Source of the DNA: Klebsormidium nitens
Taxonomy: Eukaryota > Plantae > Klebsormidiophyceae
Reading direction: 5' to 3'
DNA: 35,544 nt
NCBI GenBank assembly: GCA_000708835.1
Contig: DF237710.1
Location: forward strand, 1 to 35,544
This document shows positions 22,924 to 32,820 of this stretch, piece after piece (position 1 is the stretch's first letter; each line of letters opens with the position of its first letter). The notes under the pieces were generated by a model. It searched no databases. It was given only the letters and a program-made list of their open reading frames with translations, and was not told the DNA's origin. The translations under genes and the position numbers were made by a program.

Positions 22924-24469
22924 GGTAAGATCCGCTCCTATATACTGATTGATTGGGCATCTGCGAATGAGAGCAGCCGCCGGCCTTTGTGGGCAACGTG
23001 CCAATCTGCTCTTTGCTTAAGGTCGTGACGTCGGTACACCACACAAACACAGAGAAAAAGCAGTAGGGGCTCCGCAACTTTTCAGCGCCTTAGCCGAGTC
23101 GCGGGGCCAGCTGAAATCGCCACGCCATGCGAATGTACAAAAACGTCGGTCATCAAATCGAGTGGACTTGCCGGGCGAAACAGAATCATTGATCCTTTTC
23201 GAATTCTACTGCAGCCAAGTGCAGTTTTTGATCGCCAAGTTCGGACGTCAGCATCGACTCGACTTGAGATTGGAGGCAGTTCGGAGAGTAAAGCGTCGCT
23301 TTTGCTGTGGGCCCTATGACTCGTAGGGCTCCGACTGCAGTTTTTAAGGTAATGACAAGGGGTGCTGCTCGTATACAGCTTCACTGAGACGGAGGCTCGG
23401 CTGGTAGTACGTACCGGGGTAATTCAAAAGGACATGCTAGAAGTCAAGAGCATCGACCAATATTGAACGTTCAGCTGCGGCTGAAGTACGGATACGTCAC
23501 TACTTTTTGAAATCAATCAGAAAGTAGCTCCACTGTTCCTTTACCTGCAAATCTGCATACCGATCGATACATGTGCATCACCTTAGCCTGCATATGCATG
23601 CAACTGTGATCCGAAATTCTCAATCAGTCGAGACTAACAGATTCAGTATCTATTATGCACGAGGTCGGCGGGGCCGATAGAGAGCACGGCATCATTGTTT
23701 TAGTCAATCAACAAGATCATATAAGATACCTGCGTATGAGCGGGATATTGATCTGCACCATGTACGCCTATGTTATTACCGTATATACTGGGCGCTAGCT
23801 ATAGGTAGTACTACTCATGATCATATGTATGATCGTTTTCTATGACCAGATCGAAGCTAAAGGTCAAGACTCTAAAGCTCTATAGAGCTAGATCATTATG
23901 TCGATCCCAGACTCACTGATGAGCTGAGACATGCACTGACTCATGGCGGCCATGGGTGACTATACTAGGTTTGTGCATGCTGCATGACTTCAAGCTGCCA
24001 AAATATATGCGCAATTGCAGCCGCCGCCGCGTTTATGTGCACTGAATGCCATTACGTGTTGCCACTTAGCATGATTCAATGCACCGGGGAGCCGTCGAAG
24101 TCGGACTCAGTACCACCCGCGGGGGCCGGGAGCTTAGCACTCATGGTCCGTAAGCTCGATATCTCAGTTTAAGATTCCGGCAGCTTAGTATGCTATGCCA
24201 TGCAATGACTCGTGTCAATGACGGCACTGGCAGTTATAGAGATTCATGCAGGATGGAATGCATGAAATGGGGGATCGTTACTGTTCGCAAGACCATACCA
24301 AGAAGGACTGCAAGCAGTACTGTGCGTCCCACTGCCGGACCCTGAAGCGAGAAGATGGCAGTAATAGATGCAACTGTGCAACATCGATCACGCACATTCG
24401 GTTGCGGTTGCACAAACCATCTATGGTAATTGTAGCTTGCAGAAGGTAAAGGTCCCCCGAAGTCCGTCC

Positions 24470-27400
24470 TCACTGCTTGCTTGGACCGGCTTGTAAAGCA
24501 TATGCAGTCGCCCCCGCTACATGCTTCGCGGTTATCCGATCCAGTCGAACGAGGAGGAGCAAGTACGCCTTCAGCCGTGGGCCTGTATTTGGGGGAGGAC
24601 TTCTTGTGAGAAAGTGTTCGGGTAGCGTTTCGCGTGTAAAGCAGGGCCGTTTTCTGTTGCTTGACATGATGATTTGCATACCTTGTCATGAGAAGTGACT
24701 CCGAGTTGCGGCAAAATCGGGACTCGGAAGAGCACTGAGTCCGCATGCGCAACAATGGAAAGCCACTCGAGGCACCAGCCGCAGACTGCTTCCTTCGCCA
24801 TAAGAGACTTCTCTTCAACAGCTACGTTGTGGTGCCGCAGACTTACTGCCCTCTAAGAAACAACCTGGTTCTTCAGCCAGAGAGCAAAGACACGTCCAAT
24901 GTGAAGACTGCGCTTACCGAGGTTTAGAGCGGCTAGGTCATCTTGCGTGAGCCAATCCGCGCCCGGCCCCGCCCCTTCGCCTTCCTGCTCGCTGAACCGC
25001 TTGTCTGTCACGCTGTCGTTGATCTTCTCGACCGCAGCATTCAAATCCTGCAAGGGGACGGTGGTGAGTAGCGTCCTAGTATGTACCACCGGCCAGATCC
25101 CAGACAGCCCCGTTTTTGCTTGCGCTCGGTAAAACGAGCAAGGGAAGAATGGATGCTGCCAAATCGTGACTTCCTGTCAGTCACGATCAGACGGCTCTTG
25201 CGGAAGCAGTTAGGGTGCTCGAAGCCCAGAAGCCACTCGTTGCAGGATGCAGCTGGACAACATCTCAATTGCTCGAGCTGCCAATATTATATAGTCCAAA
25301 CCTCGCTTCTTGAAAACCTATGTGCTTTCTTCCATCAATGCGTACGCTTGATCATGTGCACTTACGTGAATCACTAGCAAGAACTTTCTTGCATCTCCTG
25401 CGAAGCCCGATTGTCGGGGCTTCACCCATGAGACTGAAAAAATCCGGGATAACAACACTTTCTCTCCGCAGAGCTAGTAGGTTAACGCGTCTTACGTGAA
25501 GGGAGACCTGGGCCCGCAAGAAGAAGGGCACCGAGTCGAGCTCGGCCTGAGTCACGGGCTCGGCCAGCGGGAACAGACTGTCGCCCGCAGCTGCTCATGC
25601 AGAGGGAATCAGCTTGACTTAGACCAATCACGACGTCGTAGACATCAAGGAGATCAACCACAACGGATTCGAAATCAAGGGGTCCAAGAGAAGAGCTTCT
25701 CATGGAACACGTTGTTCAGGATCCCGAACGATCAACCCTGTTCATTGACCAGAGGCCGAAAGAGGGGGCAGATGACGTTGCGCCTTGCAAAGTTACTGCA
25801 AGCACGACACTGGCTTTGCTCACCACTTGACGCAAACGGTTTCCTATCCCGCTGTCGGACTGAGATGCCGGGAACAGCTCGCTCGCCCTTCTCGTCTCCT
25901 TCCGCTGGTCGAGCGACGATGGGGACATCATCAGTTGCTGACGCCCGGCTGCACATAAGGCAAAGCGTCTGTCACAAAGCGAGAAGACACGAGCATAAGA
26001 CTAGCACGCCCGAAGCATGCGACTGCGAATCCCTTAGGCGGCCCCTGGATGGAAGTAACGCTGTAACCTTGGTGTCCCCCTTGTGGGGGTCATGACACTC
26101 GTAATTTTTCCTCAAGTACACAGACTCACAAGGATCTCTGAGAATCTGGTTAAGGGAGATGTGCCTGTTCGCTATCTGTTTTAATTGAAGCTACTCGAGC
26201 GACATGGACCTCAGGTAAGGAGCCAAGTCGCACAACCGGGAGCCAAACCTCAAGGCTTACTAGGAACCTGTGACCAATAAACAACGCAGGTGTCTGACCT
26301 GGCTGGATGCGAGGCAGAAGGCCGGGGCGTCTCGAAGGAGCTGGACAAGGTTCGAGGCTCGTGGTGTGGCACAGCAACGGCCTCGCGAAAGTTTGCACCG
26401 TTGTTCGAAGTACTGACTGACGGATTGATCCGGGGCGGAGGAGGGGGCGGGTCGTCTCCTCCTGGGAAAAACTTCAATACTTTGTATTCAGTACTGCTTT
26501 GCTGGCAGCGAAGCCCCGGGTCATCAAGAGAGACCAGACGTTACAGCCATTCTGTATTGCCATAAGCGAACGGCGTTGTTAAGCTGCAAAGTTTCACGGG
26601 CATCGAATGTACAAGGGCGTCTTTGAAGTAGGCAGGAAGCAGGGCCCGAAACAACACTGTGCAGCGCATCGGCTGCACCTGGCAAGGGATCATGACTGGA
26701 TCCTAGGAGCGGAACTTAAAGCTTTTGTAATCCTTATCGACTTTCGTTAGCGCAACCTGGCTGGCATTGAGAGATCGATTGTTGTATGGAGTTGCTTCCA
26801 CTGCTCAGCAGCTGAAAGAGATTGAATCCAAGTACAGTAAAAAGGGGTTCCGATCAGGTACTTACGATCATCCCTGATTGCCTCAAGACTCGAATCGGAG
26901 AGGCCCAGATCAGCTAGGCTCAGGATCTCGGGGGACCTGGATCACAACGCAAAAGTTCGAGACGGATTCCACCAGACAGCGGCACTTTCAGATTGGAGTG
27001 ATGCCCAAGAGAGCGTGCAACAGCAGAGCTGGGGTGCTGGACCACACTCTTAGAATCTGGCTTTGGTGACCTGTGCGGATGCATTCCCCGTCAAGTGGCA
27101 TACGAGATACTCCATTAGTCAGCAGATTCCACATCGTTTAGTGACCAGTGTGTCTCTTCCACTGCCTTTTGAATCACTTGGGCTGCTTTGCCTGTCAGAT
27201 TTGGAACTTGGATTCAAGGCTGCTCCCTAGCAAGCAGACCCCCGGACGACCATAGCCTCAGACCAACATCACGCACGCTGCTCGATGTTGCAGTGAACGG
27301 ATCAAACCTCACCCTGGACTGCGTGGAGGAGCCGGCCTTTTAGCCCCTCTCCCCAGAATGTCGCGCCGTAGCTCCAGCGTTGTTTCCTCCACTTTGCTGG

Positions 27401-28782
27401 GGGATGCAAACTCCTGCCGTGCTTCTTGCTCTCCCATTCCATGTGCCGGGGTGCTTGCATTGCTGGACGGCACGGGGGGCCTCCCGCTGCTGCCACTTGG
27501 CCACCGCTCGCTTGGCTGTTGTGGCATGATCTTCTGGTGGGATCCCCAGCTTGGAGTGTGGACATTGTTCAGGCTAGGAAAGGGGGAGGGCTTGGCAAGC
27601 TGCTCCTGGTTGGCGTTTGATTCTTCTAGAGGTTCCAGATGGACTGCATGAGAAGACTGCCATCTTTGGACCGACAAGGCTCTGACTCAATGATGACTTC
27701 GACGATGATGAACACATGTCGATCTCAAGCATTTTGCAGAAGTGCCTTGGAGCCACTAACGCAGAAGCTTCTGGGATCTAGGCAGAAGCTCGACAATCCA
27801 ACAACAGCAAAACATGACAAAGTCTTCGAACACGAGAGCCTAACTTCAAACCATCATCTGCGCACAACCTGTCAATTAAGCTTTCTCCTCAATGAACTGA
27901 ACGCTTTGAAAAGGTGCCAGCTTTACGTTGAGGTCTTACAAGGGTGCGCGATGCTGGCCATCATTGCCCCACCTACCTGGGGTATAGCCATACTGTTCCA
28001 AGTGTGCTTCCAGCTGCTTGATTGCACTTTCGTTTTGCAGAAACAGCTCGTTGCAATGCCCCAAAAGTTCTGCCACTGAGATTGTTTCCACTGTTGACGC
28101 CTCTAGTGAAGAAACTTCCTCCTCCACGGTCTCAACCTGAGCACTCAGATCTTCCAGAATGCTTGCAAAGTGGCCATCTGCCAACAAGGAAGGAACCGGG
28201 TCAACTTTTCCAGGGTCTGACCTTCAAGACCACGATTGGTCTGATTGTAAAATGTATGAAGGCGGCCGGTCTTGTATCCCAAACAATCGAAGCTCATAAG
28301 TACTAGGTCCCTCGAATTGATCAGGGCGGGACCAGGGTATGAATTGTTTGCAATAAGCATGGCATGCTGTGCTCAAGTGTTGCTTAGCTGTACGGTATAA
28401 GACTGCATCAGATCACATCTTATTCCACCGTGGGTTTCAGTTTGACCCTTTTGACAGCCCGGCCTTGTCTTTCAATCTCCTGACTGAAGCATTGTAAGGG
28501 GTTCTCCAGGCTTTTGCAACTGAGATTACAAAGTTGAGTGCCTCGAAAGGAAGTTAAAACCTTTGGTACTGCAATCAATGTGGGTGGTGTGTTCTGCATT
28601 GAAGAGAAACTTCAGTGCCACCACTTGCTGCAGATAATCAGAAACTTACCTTCAACATAAGCTTGGCTTTTCTCAGAGACGGCCCGCCTTAAATCTTTGC
28701 AGCTTTTCTCTAGTGAATTCGCAAAAACGCGGAAGTCACCACAGAATGCTGAGAGACAAACACCAAGATCAGGCTGCGCCAT
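24470..28782 (-). CDS. SKA3: Spindle and kinetochore-associated protein 3-like, ~453 aa, 9 exons: 28782-28650, 28177-27977, 27643-27313, 26936-26866, 26461-26299, 25948-25824, 25590-25496, 25047-24918, 24582-24470
   Basis: The translation matches plant SKA3-type motifs as I recall them: TISVAELLGHCNELF...LEQYGYTP, LSLADLGLSDSSL, and ELDSVPFFLRAQVSLHDLNAAVEKIN...LNLGPRLKAYLLLLVRLDRI. All junctions are GT-AG and phase-consistent, totalling 1362 nt. Confidence 0.85.
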
Positions 28783-28912
28783 GATCCTTCAAGTTGAGCC
28801 TGACTTGAACGTTGAAATGCAGGTCAAAGACTGAGGGCCCACCTGAGGGGCTTGCTCAGCAGCTCGAGCCTCAAATGCGTGCTGCACTGCCAGTGCTAGG
28901 CACCGACACTGA

Positions 28913-28973
28913 TGTCAGTGACAGTGACGCAAGTAGGTAGTACAAAGGACGAAGTTGTAAAAGTGTTCTCAAC
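28913..28973 (-). promoter_or_regulatory. Left copy of the ~60-bp motif shared in inverted orientation with 29833-29889, upstream of SKA3
   Basis: The reverse complement reads gttgagaacacttttacaacttcgtcctttg...ttgcgtcactgtcactgaca. Confidence 0.6.
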
Positions 28974-29299
28974 CGAGTGTTACCTAGGCCGGCACTGTCG
29001 GCCACAAGATTGCCGATGATCTTGTCGTCGCGCGTGCGGTAGCGCGTCATCCAAGGTCCATGAACAAAGCACCGGGCGACCCTATGCTACTCTTTCAAAC
29101 CACCGGGCAGAGACTAACTACAGTAGTATTAACCGAACAGTCACCGCTTCTACAGGTCCTAGTCAATTACCAAACAGGGGTCTGAACAAGCAAACGGAAG
29201 TGTCAAGACCGAAGCCTACTAGTGACCGTGTCAGCTCGGAAGCTTTAACCGTGATCAAGCTGACCCTCAGAAACCACCCGGTTGTCTTGCGGTTACCTA

Positions 29300-29730
29300 G
29301 GGGCTGTGCACACTTGGAGGGGGGTGTCGGGGTTTCTCTGGTAAAATGGAGACCCGGGTCTCGAAATGTACATCCGGCATCCCTTTCGGGCTATGCACAC
29401 TAGTCGGGGTCTCGCTGACGTGTCGGAGACCCGGGTCTCGAAAATTGTCCAAAATCCGAGACCCGGCCCTTTGGCCGGGTTTCGATCGACAGTTGACGTC
29501 ACGGGGGAACGAAGGACGCGCCAAACGTACTTTTGCGGGCTTCGATCGGTGCGTACACAAACTGTACACGGTTAGGTACACAATGCGTTGAGGGCCGGAA
29601 ACCCGACATCCCGCAACCCGGTGTGCATAGGGTCTCGGGGTTGCTCCCGAGCTCGGATCCCGGGTCTCCGACAAACGTCAGCAAAACCCCGTTTTTGCCC
29701 AAAAACCCCCCTCCCAGGTGTGCATAGCCC
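29300..29730. mobile_element. MITE-like non-autonomous TIR element (~430 bp)
   Basis: Termini gggctgtgcacacttggagggggg and cccccctcccaggtgtgcatagccc are imperfect inverted repeats, flanked by CCTA (or CCTAG) direct repeats. Subterminal GAGACCCGGGTCTC palindromes lie at 29349-29362 and 29426-29439. No ORF of note. Exact boundaries are ambiguous. Confidence 0.75.
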
Positions 29731-29832
29731 CCTAGCCCTTAACCAAGATATTGTAGATCGTCACCGAGGGGAGCAGGGTGCCCGGAGTGTCAAACAGGCT
29801 GACGCACCTTGCGCGGAAAAGTAGCATGTGAA

Positions 29833-29889
29833 GTTGTGAACACTTTTACAACTTCGTTCTTTGACCTTTTTGCGACAGTGACACTGACA
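29833..29889 (+). promoter_or_regulatory. Right copy of the ~60-bp mirrored motif, upstream of the LYR gene
   Basis: gttgtgaacacttttacaacttcgttctttg...ttgcgacagtgacactgaca matches the left copy at 29/31 and 17/20 in two blocks. Confidence 0.6.
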
Positions 29890-30232
29890 GTGATGAGCAC
29901 TACTACTACTACTAGTGTGGTCGACTTTCTTTCCTCCTCATGCACAATCATATTTGGCGTCAGCTGGACACTGAGAAGGCTGGGGGATCACTGTAACAGC
30001 ATCTCATCTGCAAACAGCTGAGTAGTTGGAGGTAGCTGCTGGTCAATTGCTGCAAACGGAAGGTTCAAGGCAGTCTACCAGAGGAAGCCTATCTGCTCTG
30101 CATTGAGCAGGTGCTTCAGAAAGTCTTTGCTGAAATGTTCAGCATACTGGAGGCATCGGTGGCGTACTGCTTCAAGAGGCTAGTCTGATTGGAGAATCTC
30201 TTTGTGCTACGAGTGACTGAGGCCTGCCCTCG

Positions 30233-31454
30233 ATGGCTATTCCAAGGGAGATTGCTGAAAATGCTGTGAGAGTAAGTGGGGATGTGGCGCTACATCCTTC
30301 GGACATACCACCACCAAACCCAAACCTTGAGATTTTCAATGCCAAACCCCATCATTCTATGGTCGCGGTGTGACTTTCCTCCATGTGATCTCCTGGGTGA
30401 GGTATTTGGTCAGCAGGCACTGTTTTGTGGGAAAATTCTTCAAGTAAGGCATCTCCTTACCACCACATTCAATCAGAAAGGAGCAACATTCTTTCACTCT
30501 CTGTGACTTGAGGCTTATGAATTGCATGGTGAGAGTACTCTACTCTATTCGACGAGTGAATGCAAAGGTTGATGCAAATCGCCAGCGACTTGGCTGGCGG
30601 CAAGCTTTGCTGAGCCCAGATGCAACATTTGATCGTGCCAGAATCATGCCGGCATTGTTAGGAATAATCAGCTTCTTTTTTACAATCTTTGCTGTGCATG
30701 TCAGCAGGCGTCTGGTAGGCCCATAAAGGAGCTCAGTTCTGGTATGAACAAGTTCGTGAGGCCCGAATGATGTGTTCCTATTCTGCAGCTCTACCGAGAC
30801 TGCCTCCGGATGGCAGATTACTTAGGGAGGAAGGTAGGCAGCGCGAACTCAGCTCTATGCAGCTCTTGACAGAATCGTGTCCTGTATGGTGCGGAGAAGA
30901 TAGAGACATTGGAAGCTTTCTTCTGCTAATTCCCATGTGCAAACTGGGAGAAGGAAGCACGAGTATCTTGCAGCTTCACTTCTCCCAGTGCTCTGCTCCT
31001 CAATGTGGTGCAGCAAGGAAACAGAGCAGTCCTGCGGGAACAAGTACGATTACAATTCAAGAAGAATATGGACGAGAGGGACCCAGACAAGATACAAGCA
31101 CAAAAGGAAGCGTGAGATCGCTTGCTTTGAGGGCCAATCACATTCGAAGCTTACCTGTACTGTTGTGATTGCTTACTCAATAATCAGGAACATTTATCTT
31201 CTTATCATACTAAACATACTCGAGGACTGCATGACTCAACGATCTGATCACAGTGAGCAGTGATGTACGTAGATAGTCTCAAGCTGATGTCTCTGGTCAA
31301 ACAGTGAGAAGAGATCAGAGCACATCGTAAGGACTGGGCCAGAATGTAAACCATGTCCTTCATCTTCTCCAGGGCTGTTCGGGGTTTATCAAATTACATG
31401 GTCTTTGAAGCCACACGGATGGCAAGAGCGGACAGGGGCACTCCTGATGGCTAG
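30233..31454 (+). CDS. LYR-motif (Complex1_LYR family) small protein, probably mitochondrial, 87 aa, 4 exons: 30233-30271, 30789-30833, 31014-31111, 31373-31454
   Basis: The spliced product is MAIPREIAENAVRLYRDCLRMADYLGRKQGNRAVLREQVRLQFKKNMDERDPDKIQAQKEAAVRGLSNYMVFEATRMARADRGTPDG*. It has the LYR tripeptide, the downstream R..F..N motif and D...I. All junctions are GT-AG and in phase. Confidence 0.9.
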
Positions 31455-32820
31455 TGGCAATTTGACATCACCACATCATCGGAAGCAGCGGGAGTGAACT
31501 GAAACCACCACCGTTCAAACTCTGAACTGCATTCAGAATAGTCCTTGCGTGTGTACGTCAGTCAGGCCGCCTGCCACACAAGAGTCCAAACGGTTTGTTC
31601 TTTGACACGAAGTTTGAAGGGATAGAGAGATGAAACCAATCATGATCTGCAGACGAACAGGTAGAAGGCTCCGCATATTTTCAGCTATTCCCTTGCGAGA
31701 TGCAGGCATGTCATGTGAGAGGCTTCATATTGGATACATGATCGGATCCGTGGTTTTAGCAGTGTTGATCGAATGCACACAACTAGGTTAAGGTGCATGT
31801 TGCAGAATGCTCGTCAAATCCATTGTGAAGCTGACATGTACCAACATGCGACCTTCGAGTTTGTTGGCTTAAGTTAATAGCTCTAAACTTGTTGCATCCA
31901 CATGCGAGCCAGGCTTATACTTGATGGATGAGTGCGCAGCTAGACTCCACATGCTGAGTCTGCTAAACACTAGAGCGAGCATCCGAAAATGGACTTAATG
32001 GCGCACCAGATCACAAGTTCATCATGTGCAGTTGTAGCCACCATCAAACTGCAACAACGCTTCCCACTGCACATATATGGTGATAATCTTGACCGTCGCC
32101 AATATCCTTGGTCCAATCACGCCGCATGTTCGTACACATAGCTAGCATGCACCCAAAATACCGTACCCTTGCGCCGCCACTTGCGAAAAGGATCGAGAAT
32201 TCCGCGATTGGAATTCTGGCAGGCATCAAAGAAGTCCTATAACCCCTAGCCCCTAGCTTGAATTGCGTCGACATGGGTATGAGGCACCAATATAACAGCG
32301 GTCACTGCCGTAATAGTAACATGCATGTGTCTGCATATTGGCCGTATCAAAACTTTCGAGCCCTCATGCTATGTCAAACGGTTAGCCTTTAGAACCCACA
32401 AGATTGTGTGCGCAGCTCTCACAAAGAGCTTTCAATCGGTATAAGGAGAGGAGCCACAACAGCAAAGACATTGCCCGCAACATGACGTGTGTCGCAAGCA
32501 CACTCGAGTGCAGAACCCCTCCGTTCGTCAATTGGAGATGACTGGCCTTTGTTCTATTAACACACGGATAAAAATCGTTCTCGTTGCAACAAGTAACAAC
32601 TGCACAAGCCAAGTGACAAAGCGTGTCAGGCGTCCCAGTGACCATTGTTCTGACCTGCAAGAAAAGGACAGAGCCTTCAAAGATTGCAAGCTCGCGCGGT
32701 TCAGTAAAATGGAGGTTATCGCACAAGAAAATCTCTGTTTCTCACAGTTTACCGCATCAGCATAACAGGCGCCGAGCGTTACAAGCCGCTACTACCAAAG
32801 CTTACCTTTTGTCTCAAGAC

